DNA from: an uncultured Planctomycetota bacterium
Lineage (GTDB): Bacteria > Planctomycetota > Planctomycetia > Isosphaerales > Isosphaeraceae
Reading direction: 5' to 3'
Length of the DNA: 64,000 nucleotides
Assembly (NCBI GenBank): GCA_963845755.1
Contig: CAWJTV010000034.1
Span: forward strand, 384,001-448,000
Shown here: positions 52,129-62,845 of the stretch, in pieces
Numbering within the stretch: the stretch's first letter is position 1
How the letters are laid out: each line of letters begins with the position of its first letter
Notes under the pieces: generated by a model
Seen by the model: the letters and a program-made list of their open reading frames with translations, nothing else
Database searches by the model: none
Told to the model about the DNA's origin: nothing
Translations under genes and position numbers: made by a program

Positions 52129-52701
52129 CTAGGCGTCCGGGGACAACTCCTTGCGATATCGGGAGAACAATTCCTTGTGTAACTCCTTGGGGGAGAGCTT
52201 TTCGTGGGGACAGGTGAGTTGGTTCGGGGTTTCCCAACCGATCGAGATCCCCAGAGAGCGTAACCAGGCGCGGAGCTTCTTGAACCCCTCGCGGCCATAC
52301 TCTCGTTCCAGCAGCGTCTCGGCGAAGCGGGAGGCGATGCACAGGTGGAACTGACCCTCGTCGTCGAAAAAGACCAGTGGGGAGTCCGCCACGGGGCGGT
52401 GGGTCGGTCCGCGCCAGTAGCCGAGGTATTGTTCGTCCTCGTCTTCGGCGACGAACGCGATTAGGCGGCAGACCTCTTCGATCGCGCGGAGGTTTGCGAC
52501 GATATCCGCCTGGCTGAGCTCCTCCTCGCTCAAGTAGCTCGAATCCAGCCAGGGAGCCCATCCTTCGGCCCACTCCAGGCGGATTCCGGTCCGCTCCGCC
52601 AGCTCGTCGCGATGGGGCAACAGGATCTTCAGGTCGTCCGGCACGGGTTCCCCGCCGAGCCGGTTGCGGGAAAACTGTGACAGAATCTCCGTCGAATTCA
52701 T
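52129..52701 (-). CDS. Hypothetical protein (loosely SUKH/immunity-like)
   Basis: Open frame with RBS GGAGG; VPDDLK...YLGYWRGP...SPLVFFDDEGQF. Confidence 0.65.
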   Translation of the reverse strand: MNSTEILSQFSRNRLGGEPVPDDLKILLPHRDELAERTGIRLEWAEGWAPWLDSSYLSEEELSQADIVANLRAIEEVCRLIAFVAEDEDEQYLGYWRGPTHRPVADSPLVFFDDEGQFHLCIASRFAETLLEREYGREGFKKLRAWLRSLGISIGWETPNQLTCPHEKLSPKELHKELFSRYRKELSPDA

Positions 52702-53025
52702 GAACACGTCCTCCGCCGTCGTTTGGCCAGCTCCACCGACGCCGGGGTGAGGCCGGCAGGAATGAGAGCACCCGTTGGCCGCGAGGCACGGCCCCGGGTC
52801 CCGGATTGTACGGTATTCTCGCACGGAACCGAACCACGGACTTCGATTTCTTCCGGAACTTTCGAACGACCGGGCATCCTCGGCCCTTCAAGCCGACCGC
52901 CGAGGCGCGGTATCTTGAGATCGAGCCGGGAGCGTCGAAGATCAGCGCCGTTTGTGGAAGGTTCGTTCCCCCAACCGGAGAGCCCGCTCCCCAGGTCCTC
53001 GATTCCGGAAAACGGAGCACACACC

Positions 53026-53901
53026 ATGGCAAGCCGTGCAGCGACAGAGTGGCGATACGAGAAGCTCACCTGGCCCGAGATCAACGACGCGGTCGAGTTG
53101 GGGAAGGTCTGCGTGCTGCCTTGCAGCGCAGTGGAGCAACACGGCCCTCACCTGCCGCTCGACGTTGACGTCATCTGCCCCACGGAGATCGCTCGCGGCG
53201 CCGGCCGGACCATCCCCGAGAAGATGCTGTTGCTCCCCACGCATTGCTACGGCTACACAGGTCACGTGATGGACTTCCCAGGGACGATCAACACCCACTT
53301 CGAACACTTCATCGACGGCGTGCTCGACATCACCAAGAGCCTCGCCTACCACGGGTTCAAGAAGATCATCCTGCTCAATGGACATGGCTCGAACTGGCCC
53401 AACCTCGACCTGGCCGCCCGGCGGACTAACCTGGAAACCGACGCCGAATGCGTGCCGATCTGCTGGTGGGGCCTGTTGACGGTTGACAAGGAGTTCATGC
53501 CTCGATGGCGGGAAAGCAAGTTCCCGGGCGGTTGTTCGCACGCCTGTGAACTCGAGACTTCGCTGTATCTCTACCTGGACGGTGACAACGTCCGGAAGGA
53601 CCAGATCCAGAGCGGCACCATCTCGTTCAATAACGAAGACAGTCCGTTCATGTGGGTCGACCTGCTGGGCGCCGGGCCGGCAAGCCTCATCTCGTGGACG
53701 AGTAGCTATTCGGAGACCGGCGTGCTCGGCGACGCCGAGCTGGCCACGGTCGAGAAAGGACGGGTCGCTTACGAGGAGTCGGTCAAGCAGCTCGTCCGGT
53801 TCATCACCTGGTTCAAGGACCGTCCCAAGGATGTCCGCCGCGATCGTCATCGCACCCCGCCGACGATTCCGATGCCCTGGGGCCAGCAGCCTCTGCGGTG
53901 A
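53026..53901 (+). CDS. Creatininase family amidohydrolase
   Basis: EQHGPHLPLDVD, FPGTI, NGHGSN, HACELETS. Confidence 0.92.
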   Translation: MASRAATEWRYEKLTWPEINDAVELGKVCVLPCSAVEQHGPHLPLDVDVICPTEIARGAGRTIPEKMLLLPTHCYGYTGHVMDFPGTINTHFEHFIDGVLDITKSLAYHGFKKIILLNGHGSNWPNLDLAARRTNLETDAECVPICWWGLLTVDKEFMPRWRESKFPGGCSHACELETSLYLYLDGDNVRKDQIQSGTISFNNEDSPFMWVDLLGAGPASLISWTSSYSETGVLGDAELATVEKGRVAYEESVKQLVRFITWFKDRPKDVRRDRHRTPPTIPMPWGQQPLR

Positions 53902-53915
53902 CGAATGGGGCAGTC

Positions 53916-54611
53916 TCAGTTGCCCGGCACGTTGGAGTTCCCGAAGAAGCGATGAAGGAAGTGCTTGCGGGTCTGGGCTTGCGCCTCGTCGGGATACTGC
54001 TCGACCTCGCCGCGCGAGCTCATGCGGTAGGGCCCGTGGCCGAAGACGAAGTGATCCCGGACCCCTTGAGCGTTGAGGAACGTGCCGGATTCCCACACGA
54101 GACGCCCGGTCTTCGCCTCGTAAGCGAACAGCGCCGCCTTGATCACCGCGTCTTGCCGGTTCGTCTGCGAGAAGTTCAGCGAGGAACCGCTGCCGCTGGT
54201 GATCGCCGGTCCCGTGAGCGACGCGCCAAGTCCGAGACCCGGCAGGCCGGTCGTGGTATCACGCTGGTCGGTCCCCCATGCGCCAAAGGCCGGCTCCAGG
54301 ATCACCTGGGCCTTGTCCTTGTTGTTCTCCAGGAGGACTCCCTGTTCGGCCATCGTGCGTCGGATGCTGGAGACGATCCATTCCTTGTCCACGTTCGTGA
54401 CGAACTGGGTGTCGACAAAGACCTTGGCCCCCGCAAGCGGCTGGAAGTTCACCCGGCACAGGGCATCGTCCCATGTGCCGGTGAGAAGGAGCTGCTCGGT
54501 CCCGGTGCGCGCCGTCCCCGTCACCTTCACGCTGGTGCAGCCCGCAGCCCACGCCAGCACGAAGGCGGCCGCCAGGAATTGAGTCCGCTGGATCCATCCA
54601 TTCCGTTGCAT
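53916..54611 (-). CDS. Lipoprotein, hypothetical
   Basis: Lipobox AAGC; TARTGTEQLLLT. Confidence 0.75.
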   Translation of the reverse strand: MQRNGWIQRTQFLAAAFVLAWAAGCTSVKVTGTARTGTEQLLLTGTWDDALCRVNFQPLAGAKVFVDTQFVTNVDKEWIVSSIRRTMAEQGVLLENNKDKAQVILEPAFGAWGTDQRDTTTGLPGLGLGASLTGPAITSGSGSSLNFSQTNRQDAVIKAALFAYEAKTGRLVWESGTFLNAQGVRDHFVFGHGPYRMSSRGEVEQYPDEAQAQTRKHFLHRFFGNSNVPGN

Positions 54612-54818
54612 GTTCGACCGCCATCGTTAACCAGGAAACCGGCGATGGCGGATCCCGAGAAAGACCCATCACTTGAGCTGAGACGGATCGTCCATCTCAG
54701 CGGTTTCGTTCCCACGGGTCCGGTGGACCATCCCCACGGGGCGGCACAGTATAGCTCCGCTACCCATCTCCGACAACGCCAGCTCGGAACGCTTCGCCAG
54801 CGGGCCAACAGGGCAGGG

Positions 54819-55958
54819 TTAACGGACCGTCGGCGCACCGGCCGGCGTGCCACCGGCGGGCCGCGGATTGGCGGGGAGGATGACCTTCATCAGCGAGTGG
54901 TCCGGGCACTCTCTGGCCTGATTCAGCGTCTCGAGGGTCAGCAACGGTTCCATGGGGGCGATGACGAGGATCGTGTCGCCGGGCTCCAATGTGATGTGCG
55001 GGTCGGGGTTGACGTCGACGGCACCGTCGCTCTGGTGCATGACGACGTTAATCTGCTTGTCCGATTGAATGTCGCCCACGGTCCGTCCTACCAGGCGGCC
55101 GGTCGGGCAGATCGTGATGTCGGTCAGATGCACCTCTTGCCCGGCGAGCTGGAACCCCTGGTAGACCTTGCGGCCGGTCGCCGCGGCAATAAAGGCGGGT
55201 GCGGCGACTTGCGACGTCGAAATCGTCGGCATGGCGAAGGCGCCGGCGACCTTGATGGCCAGGGTCTCGTCGAACAGTCGGATCACGATCTTTGCGTCGG
55301 GATTCAGGTCGCGGGCGGTGATCGCAGCATCGAGGTTCGTCAGATCGTCGCTGGTCGTGACGATCACGGCCCGGGCCTGGCGGACGCCCGCCTGCTCCAG
55401 CACCGAGCTCATGCGAGCATTCCCCTGGACGACCGGTACGCCCCGTTCGAACAACTCGCCCAGCAGCGGTGCGCCCGCGGCCATCTCGATCACCACCAGG
55501 CTCTCGCGCATCTCGAGCAGTCCTTTGACGACCTGGTATCCGACCTTGCCGACCCCGATCACGACGAAATGATTGCGGCAGAGTGAGGCGAGCATGCGAT
55601 TCCACTCCGGAAGGTTCTGCTTTCTCGTGAAGATCAGGAAGGCCAGCCGGATCACCGAATCGGCAATCGCTCCCAGGCCCAGGACCGGGAACAGGAAGAA
55701 CAGGGGCTGCAAGTACCACTCGTCGGGGAAGTCGAGCGACGACTCCAGGAAGATCATCAAGAAGACGGCATGGCAGGCGCGGGCGAACGAAAGCCGTTCT
55801 CCGTTGTAGAAGCCGTGGAGGATCGCGCCACCGCCGACGACCAGGATCGTGAAGATGATCAGCGGCCATCGGAATTCCCAGAGCACGTACCTCATGAAGC
55901 GGAGGTACATCAACAGCCGCACGGGCGCCCGGACGCGAGGGATCATCGGTCTTACCAC
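54819..55958 (-). CDS. Potassium channel-like protein with TrkA-N/TrkA-C (RCK) domains
   Basis: Two TM helices; VIGVGKVG; TTSDDLTNL; C-terminal LEPGDTILV. Confidence 0.85.
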   Translation of the reverse strand: MVRPMIPRVRAPVRLLMYLRFMRYVLWEFRWPLIIFTILVVGGGAILHGFYNGERLSFARACHAVFLMIFLESSLDFPDEWYLQPLFFLFPVLGLGAIADSVIRLAFLIFTRKQNLPEWNRMLASLCRNHFVVIGVGKVGYQVVKGLLEMRESLVVIEMAAGAPLLGELFERGVPVVQGNARMSSVLEQAGVRQARAVIVTTSDDLTNLDAAITARDLNPDAKIVIRLFDETLAIKVAGAFAMPTISTSQVAAPAFIAAATGRKVYQGFQLAGQEVHLTDITICPTGRLVGRTVGDIQSDKQINVVMHQSDGAVDVNPDPHITLEPGDTILVIAPMEPLLTLETLNQARECPDHSLMKVILPANPRPAGGTPAGAPTVR

Positions 55959-55970
55959 GATCGACCTACC

Positions 55971-57389
55971 TCAACTCTCGAGCTTAGTTCCGCCATCCCG
56001 ATCCAGCTCGGCAAGGACTTCGCCCAGGCTGCGGTCGAGGATCGCGACCATCTCGTCGATGTGCTCGTCGGTGACAATCAGCGGCGGGCCGAACGCGATC
56101 CAGTGGGGGTCGAACCGGCAGAGCAATCCCTGCGCCAGCGCCCGGCGGCCGACGCTGACACCCAGAGACACCGAATCGGGAAAACGCCGTTTCGTCGCGC
56201 GGTCGCTCACGAACTCGATCGCCTGGAATAACCCCTTGCCGCGGATATCGCCGATGACCGGGTACTTCCGCTGAAGCTCCTCGAAGCGATCGCGCAGACG
56301 ACGGCCCCGCGCCTGGACGTTCGCCAGCAGGTCCCGCTCGAGGATCTCTCGCAGCACGGCGATGCCGGCGGCGCAGGAGATCGGGTTCCCCTCGAACGTG
56401 TGCCCTTCCACGAAGCCCGGATTCTCCGCGATCGGCCCCCAGAATGCCTCGGCGATCGGTTGCCGGCAGATCATCGCCGAGAGCGGCGCATAGCCGCCGG
56501 AGAGACCCTTGGCGACCAGCAAGACGTCCGGCGTGACGCCGAAGGTCTCGGCGGCGAACATCCGCCCCGTGCGCCCGATCCCCGTGATGATCTCGTCGAA
56601 GATCAAGAGGACGTTGTGCCGGTCGCAGAGCTCGCGAAGGATCGGCAGATACTCTTCGGGCGGGTCGATGACGCCGCCGGTGTGCCCGATCGGTTCGACC
56701 AGGACGGCCGCGACGGTCGCCGGGTCCTCCATCGCGATGACGTCGCCGACGATCGTCGCGCAGGTGATCCCGCAGTCGGGATACGACTTACCGAACGGAC
56801 ATCGATAGCACGTTGGCGGGAAAACGTGGATGAACCCCGGGGCCAGCGGCTCGTTCACCGTCCGCCGCGACTTCAATCCCGAGGCCGATAGCGCGCCCAG
56901 CGTCGAGCCGTGCCACGACTGGTACCGGCTGATGATCTTGTACTTGCCGGGCGAGCCCGTCAGCTTGTGGTATTGCCGCGCCAGCTTGATCGCCGCCTCG
57001 ACCACCTCCGCCCCGCCACATTGGAACTTCACCGTCGACAGGTCCCCGGGTGCCAGCTCCGCCAGCAGATTGGCCAGTTGCACCGCCAGGGGGTTCGTGC
57101 CGTGCATCGGCGGCGAGAACGTCAGGACGTCGAGCTGACGCTTGATCGCCTCGATGACCCGCCGGTTGTTGTGTCCGACCGAGACGACGTAGATCCCCGA
57201 AATCCCGTCGTAGTAGCGCCGGCCTTGCACATCCCAGTAGAACACCCCGTCCGCCCGGGCCATCACGAGCGGCTGCTTCGACCACTCGGCCATCTGGTCG
57301 CGGACGAAGATCTGCCTGAGGAACGCCTCTTCCGTCGTCTGGTCCTCGGAGATCAATCCGGGCGAAGCGATTGTGCTGGACGTGGACAT
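55971..57389 (-). CDS. Class III PLP aminotransferase
   Basis: YYDGISG, GAEVVEAAIKLAR, SWHGST, FDEIITGIGRTG, AKGLSGG, GHTFEGNP. Confidence 0.93.
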   Translation of the reverse strand: MSTSSTIASPGLISEDQTTEEAFLRQIFVRDQMAEWSKQPLVMARADGVFYWDVQGRRYYDGISGIYVVSVGHNNRRVIEAIKRQLDVLTFSPPMHGTNPLAVQLANLLAELAPGDLSTVKFQCGGAEVVEAAIKLARQYHKLTGSPGKYKIISRYQSWHGSTLGALSASGLKSRRTVNEPLAPGFIHVFPPTCYRCPFGKSYPDCGITCATIVGDVIAMEDPATVAAVLVEPIGHTGGVIDPPEEYLPILRELCDRHNVLLIFDEIITGIGRTGRMFAAETFGVTPDVLLVAKGLSGGYAPLSAMICRQPIAEAFWGPIAENPGFVEGHTFEGNPISCAAGIAVLREILERDLLANVQARGRRLRDRFEELQRKYPVIGDIRGKGLFQAIEFVSDRATKRRFPDSVSLGVSVGRRALAQGLLCRFDPHWIAFGPPLIVTDEHIDEMVAILDRSLGEVLAELDRDGGTKLES

Positions 57390-57439
57390 CGTCGTTCCTC
57401 GCGAGATTGAAAAAGCAATAAGACTTCAATGCAAGTTTC

Positions 57440-57555
57440 GAACACGAAATACACGAAAAAATGCAAGACGACAAATATTCTTACAATTATCGCATTGTAT
57501 CTGTTTTAATCATCATCCGTATTTCCCTTTCGTGTATTTCGCGTATTTCGTGTTC
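57440..57555. repeat. AT-rich inverted-repeat element built from ACACGAAAT units
   Basis: GAACACGAAATACACGAAA...TTTCGTGTATTTCGCGTATTTCGTGTTC. Confidence 0.75.
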
Positions 57556-58747
57556 AATTCTTATTTTGATCCATTTGACTATAGCCGACCGCTGTGGCCG
57601 CGTAGAGGAGAGCGACGCGGACGAGGTCGTCGATCTCGACCCATTCGGAGACGGTGTGTTGACCCCCGGCGCGGGGCCCGTGGGTGATGGCCGGGACGCC
57701 TCCCAGGGCGCTGAAACTATTGCCGTCGTTGACGAACGGCTTGGGACCTGTGGGCAGGGGTGCACCCGAGATGGCCTCGTAGCAGCCCTGGAAAACGACA
57801 ACCAGCGGGTCGGCCGGGTCGAGCGCGAAAGCGTCGCGGATCAGCATCCAGCGGAGGTCGACGGCTGTGTGCGTCTCCGCGGCGAGGCGGTCGATCCGAT
57901 CGCGGAAGTCGCGCTCGACGGCGGCGGGATCGGTGCCGGGCAACCAGCGCCGGGTCCCTTCCAGCCAGGCGGCCTGGGGATACTGGTTGTAGATCTCGCC
58001 CGAGTGGATCTGCCCGATGAAGACGCTGGCCGGTCCGCAAACGGGATGGGGAGAAGCGCGGAGCTCGTCATCGAGCCGGCCAAGGCGTGCGACCAGCTCG
58101 GCGGCGGCGGCGATCACGCTGGGCTCGTCGGACGGTCGCATGACCTCGTGGACCGGCAGTCCCTGGCGGTGGATTTCCAGCCGCCATGTGGCGTTGCCCC
58201 GGCCGGCAACCGGCAGGACGTCGCGGAGCGGCTCGGGGATCAAAACGGCGTCGCCGAGATGACCCTCGCGGATCATCCGGTCGAGCTGGCGGCCGTCGCC
58301 CCAGGGGGCTTCGTGCAAGTCGTGAGCCGTCAAGAGGACGGAGCCAGCCTCCAGTGCTTCGGAGTCGCGGAGTGCGCGGACCGCCTCAACCGCGGCGGCG
58401 ACGCCCGCTTTCATGTCCGACGCGCCGCTGCCGGTGATCCGGCCGTCCTCGACATTCGGCGGGATGAACGGCAGGTGCACCGTATCGAGATGACCGTCGA
58501 ACTGGAGCGTCGGCCCCGGCCGGCCGCTGTCATGACGGATCGAGACAGCCGGTGCGACAGCATGACCGGCGGCGAGCCTCTGCACGCGGAACCCGTCGGC
58601 TGCGAGGATCTCCGCGAGACGGTCGCTCACCGCCCCCGCATCGCCGGTGGGACTGGGCATCTCGATCAGCCCTCGAGCCGTCTCGACGAGCCGACGACGA
58701 TTCACATGAGGTTTCAGGCGTTCGATGAGGGCGGATGTGGTATTCAT
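57554..58747 (-). CDS. M20 family metallopeptidase/deacylase (ArgE/DapE-like)
   Basis: DGHLDTV, GSGASDMKAG, HTVSEWV. Confidence 0.9.
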   Translation of the reverse strand: MNTTSALIERLKPHVNRRRLVETARGLIEMPSPTGDAGAVSDRLAEILAADGFRVQRLAAGHAVAPAVSIRHDSGRPGPTLQFDGHLDTVHLPFIPPNVEDGRITGSGASDMKAGVAAAVEAVRALRDSEALEAGSVLLTAHDLHEAPWGDGRQLDRMIREGHLGDAVLIPEPLRDVLPVAGRGNATWRLEIHRQGLPVHEVMRPSDEPSVIAAAAELVARLGRLDDELRASPHPVCGPASVFIGQIHSGEIYNQYPQAAWLEGTRRWLPGTDPAAVERDFRDRIDRLAAETHTAVDLRWMLIRDAFALDPADPLVVVFQGCYEAISGAPLPTGPKPFVNDGNSFSALGGVPAITHGPRAGGQHTVSEWVEIDDLVRVALLYAATAVGYSQMDQNKN

Positions 58748-58899
58748 GAGGAAGCATTATAACCGGCGGATCGCCCTGACTCCAGAAGCCGGAGGGGGTC
58801 CGCGTTGATCTCGACCCGGATGAAGTTCCTGGTATACAGTAACCCTGGCGTCGCGGCCTGTCGTCCTGCGGCTGGTTTTCTCTTCCCGGAGGCCCTTCC

Positions 58900-59034
58900 A
58901 TGGCAACGATCTCTCGCGCCCGTCCGCCGGTGCGATCGCAAAGTTCGCTGGCCGCGCCCGAGGTGTACCGTATCAATGTCGACGAATACGAGCGGTGGAT
59001 CGACGTGAACGACATCCTGCCGCGACAGAAGTAG
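58900..59034 (+). pseudogene. Internally deleted Uma2-family endonuclease remnant
   Basis: 44-aa ORF MATISRARPPVRSQSSLAAPEVYRINVDEYER-WIDVNDILPRQK joins Uma2-like N- and C-terminal motifs; RBS GGAGG. Confidence 0.6.
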
Positions 59035-59119
59035 ATCGATCCGCCCCCGCGCCGGCTCGTCGAGCCGCTCGGGCAAATCCGGGTGGACCGCGATCCTGGC
59101 CAGACATCGAGGCGAAACC

Positions 59120-59560
59120 ATGGAGCCGATCATCGTCTTGCCGGGCGAAGGCAAGCTGATCAGTCCAATCGGCGAGGACTGGAGCTCTTTCAAGGCGCTG
59201 GGGGCCCAGACGGGCGGCTCATTCGCCCTGATGGAACAGACCGTGCCGGCGGGCCGTGGTCCGCGACGGCACGTCCACCGCCGGGAGGAGGAGTCGTTCT
59301 ACATCCTCGAAGGAGAATTCGGCTTCGAAGTCGGTGATCATCGCTTCCTGGCCCGACCGGGGACCTTCGTCCTGGGGCCGAGGGATATCCCCCATCGCTT
59401 CTGGAATGCCGGGACTCGGGACGGAAAGTTCCTCCTGATCATCTCTCCCGCCGGACTGGAGCCATTCTTCGAGGAGTTCAGCCGACTCATCGCCGAGGTC
59501 CCCGACGACCTCGCTCGACAAGGCGAACTGGCAGGCCGTTACGGGATCGAGTTTATTTGA
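59120..59560 (+). CDS. Cupin domain protein
   Basis: PRRHVHRREEESFYILEGE, PRDIPHRFWN. Confidence 0.9.
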   Translation: MEPIIVLPGEGKLISPIGEDWSSFKALGAQTGGSFALMEQTVPAGRGPRRHVHRREEESFYILEGEFGFEVGDHRFLARPGTFVLGPRDIPHRFWNAGTRDGKFLLIISPAGLEPFFEEFSRLIAEVPDDLARQGELAGRYGIEFI

Positions 59561-59960
59561 TGGTAAGAGACGACGTGGGATCGTATGCTGACAATCGACG
59601 CCGGTCGCAAAGACCCCGAGTCGGATCGCGCGGGACACCGCTCAATGACGACCGTCGCGGCGCTAGCCGAGTCGCTCCGCATCCGTCCCGATCTCCCCGA
59701 CACCACCAACCTCACTGAGGCGCCGGTTCGGTTTGGTACCAAGGCTGTTGTCGTTATCCCTCGACTCAAGGAATGGGAACTGGCGACGAATCACGAGCTG
59801 AGAAACGCCCACAAAAGCCCCGGGACGATTTCAAGGTTCCTCCATATTGAGCCGATCACCAGGTTCGTCGTTCCCCGAAATTGTCGTGGGTGGCCAGGCT
59901 GCGTGCTTCTGATTGGTTGGGTGCGGTAGTCGTTCTTCAGACATCGGTGGGCCCAAGATC

Positions 59961-60509
59961 GTGTCTTTCTCTCGTCCGAACGGTCGCGGCACGCGACTTT
60001 TCAGCTTCGCTCTCGGGATTCTGATCCTGTCGCTCACGATCCGGCTCGGTCCCGGGCCCCTTCCCTCAGTGTCCCCCGGCGTGGGCGCGTCTGAGAGGGA
60101 CGAGCCATGGTATACGCCCATTCCCGAAGATTTCCGCCCGCTCTATGATCAGGACACAGCGAATCTCAAGAAACAGACGTGGGACCAGTACTGGACCTGG
60201 GTGAAGGTCTTCTACGAGGGGAACTTCCTCTCCGACGGTTGGACCGAACGGTCGAAATCGCTCGTGACCGTCATCACATCGGACGCCGAGGTGAAGAGGC
60301 TGCGGACTGCGCTCAACGCCCTGGGAAGGGAGATCGGCGCGGAGTGGTCGAAGGATTACGCCGTCCGCAAGGTCAGCTCGGCCGACTTGCTCGCCTGGGG
60401 AAAGACGCTCGAAAAGGCCCAGGCCAGGGACGATGGCAGCGGTGTGGAGATCCGCCGCACGATTGACTCGATCCGCGCCGTGCACCGGAAGAAATGGGGT
60501 GGTGCGTAG
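59961..60509 (+). CDS. Secreted hypothetical protein
   Basis: Hydrophobic N-terminus then a Trp-rich helical domain; start uncertain. Confidence 0.65.
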   Translation: MSFSRPNGRGTRLFSFALGILILSLTIRLGPGPLPSVSPGVGASERDEPWYTPIPEDFRPLYDQDTANLKKQTWDQYWTWVKVFYEGNFLSDGWTERSKSLVTVITSDAEVKRLRTALNALGREIGAEWSKDYAVRKVSSADLLAWGKTLEKAQARDDGSGVEIRRTIDSIRAVHRKKWGGA

Positions 60510-60599
60510 CATCTCGCCGGACGCGCCCTTGTCACGATTCGTGGGGATCGTCTCGCCAGCCGTCGGCCGACTCGCGCGCTCCGTCCACGCTCACCGCTC

Positions 60600-60922
60600 C
60601 CCAAATTCGTTGTGCCGAACGGATCGAGCGAAAGCTGAAGGACTTGAAATCCACCTTCGCCTTCGAGAAGACGCCGCTGGCGAAGGTTGCGACGTTCTTC
60701 GAGGAGCAGAGTAACGAGAACGTCGTGCTCGACCCGCGCGGGCGGATGAACGGGAAGATCGACCCCGCGACGCCGATCACCGGCTCCGGCAAGGACGTGC
60801 CCCTGGGCGCGGCGATTGAGAAGCGGGTCGGGCCACTGGGCCTGTACATTGCCTTACGCGACGAGGTGATCGTGCTCGAGGCGAAAACGAACTCCGCAGT
60901 GGACGCCGCGGCTGCGAGATGA
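60600..60922 (+). pseudogene. STN-like domain fragment without a clear start
   Basis: TFAFEKTPLAKVATFFEEQSNENVVLDP...VPLGAAIEK resembles secretin/TonB short N-terminal domains. Confidence 0.4.
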
Positions 60923-61044
60923 TCGGGAGATCGTCATTGTGATCCGGGCGTTCTGCCTGCATACTCATCGTTCGGGTGCTGGCAATCCGCTTGCCCTGAT
61001 GCCTGTGTTCAGGTCGAATCCTGCACCACCATGGAGACGCTACG

Positions 61045-62180
61045 ATGAGGAATCATCCGACGATACGATGGGCGCTGGTCGTCGCCGCCGTCTGGATCGG
61101 CGTCCATGCATTGGACGGGCGCGCCTGGCGGCGCCCGGCGAGAAGGACAAGGATAAGGTCTTCGTCGGGTATTTGTTCGGCTCGACGCGCGACATCGACT
61201 TTCGGCTGTACACCCACATCTGCCATGCCTTCTTGACGGCCGATGGGGAGGGTCGCGTGCAGAAGGGGCGCTCCGTGCCCAGCCGGCAGCTCACCGACGA
61301 GGCCCACAAGGCGGGCGTCCGGGTGATTCTCTCCCTCGGCGGCTGGGGGTGGGACAAGCAATTTGCCTCCATCGTCTCCAAGCCGGAGTCAGAAGACCGT
61401 TATGCCCGGTCCGTGATGGAGATCATCGACGAGTTCGATTATGACGGAATCGATTTCGACTGGGAGTATCCCGATACCAAGGACGAAGTCCCTGGCTTCG
61501 AGCGGCTGACGCGCCGCTTCCGCAAGGAGCTCGATGAGCTGGGACGGAAGAAAAGGCGGTCGATGCAGGTCACGATGGCCGCCTCATCGAATCCGGGAAC
61601 GATCCGATGGCTCGACAAGGCGTTCTTGCTCGAGACCATGGACTGGATCAACGTGATGACCTACGACTACACCGGGGACTGGACGAATTACGCCGGCCAC
61701 CACTCGCCGCTGCATGCCTCGTCGAAGCAGCCAGGCGGCAACCCTCGCTCGACCGAATTGACCATGAAATACCTGTTGGAAGAGCGGGGCCTGCCCGCGA
61801 ACCGGCTGGCGGTGGGGATTCCGCTCTATGGCCGCGGCTTCAACGTCGCCGAGCCCTATGCATCGACGAAAGGCGCACCGAAGGGTCGCGTCCCGGGGGG
61901 TAACTACAGCAACATCCGCAAGCTCCAGAGCGAGGCCGGCTGGGTCCGCAAGTGGGACGACGAGACCAAGAACCCGTGGCTAGTCTCCACCAAGGGGCCT
62001 GTCGTGATCGGCTACGACGACGCCGAGTCGGTGGCGATCAAGACCGACTGGGCGATGAAGCAAGGCTTCCGCGGCGTCTTCTTCTGGCAAATCCGCGCCG
62101 ACCGCCTCGACGACGGCACCCATCCGCTCCAGGAGGCTTCGCACAAGGAATGGCAGAGGGCGGCCCCGAAGGAGCGTTGA
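61045..62180 (+). CDS. Glycoside hydrolase family 18 (chitinase-like); frameshift after the signal peptide near 61120
   Basis: SLGGW, YDGIDFDWEYP (DxDxE), VMTYDY, GIPLYGR; signal peptide in ORF 61045..61236. Confidence 0.93.
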
Positions 62181-62219
62181 GTCGCATCGTGATCGTGGGT
62201 GCATGGCCGCCTCAGCAGC

Positions 62220-62486
62220 TCATCCGTCCAGATCACGATCCCACAAAGGGTGATGGCGGTCGTGTGCCAGGGATAAAAGTGGGTCCGCTGGCACAACCGG
62301 GCCGGAACCGACAACTCTCGCAATCTCCGTCGTGTCCGGGCCTCTCCAGTCGTCCGGCTCGCTCTCGGCGCGAGGTGCGAGACGAGGTTGCCGTGAGAGG
62401 TCGGGAAGCGGCGGGGACCAAGGGTACCAGGTCACCACTTCGACCAGGCACCAGACCACGTTCAAGATGACATCGACCCAGACCAT
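62220..62486 (-). CDS. Small protein, tandem family copy C (88 aa, ends HPLWDRDLDG)
   Basis: MVWVDVILNVVWCLVEVVT...PDDWRGPDTTEIARVVG...HHPLWDRDLDG; homologous to neighbours. Confidence 0.7.
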   Translation of the reverse strand: MVWVDVILNVVWCLVEVVTWYPWSPPLPDLSRQPRLAPRAESEPDDWRGPDTTEIARVVGSGPVVPADPLLSLAHDRHHPLWDRDLDG

Positions 62487-62749
62487 TTGACGCTCGCTTG
62501 CATGAGATGGCGAACAGGCTGGCTATTGGCTGACCCTCGCCTACTTCCTCAATACGCATTCGGCAGGGCGTTGTGCCAGGTATTCGATTCGACGGATGAG
62601 GAATATCGCTTTTCCCAAGGTTAGCGACGCTCTCGGGAGAGGGGGGAGTAGTTCTGCTTGGCGGTCGTTTTCGCGCGGTTCCCAATCGAGAACGAGTCGC
62701 ACGGCCACGTGTCCGACCCGGTATCCGCCCATGGTCCCCGATTGTCGGG

Positions 62750-62845
62750 CTATGCCCGTTTGCTCAAGTCGTGGCAAGCAACAACGAAGCTCAGCAGATC
62801 GCCGAGGCACAAAACCAGGTTGAAGAGTAAGTCGGCCCAGCCCAT
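62750..62845 (-). CDS. Small protein, tandem family copy B (31 aa, hydrophobic N-terminus only)
   Basis: MGWADLLFNLVLCLGDLLSFVVACHDLSKRA; RBS AGGAG; aligns with the copy C N-terminus. Confidence 0.55.
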   Translation of the reverse strand: MGWADLLFNLVLCLGDLLSFVVACHDLSKRA

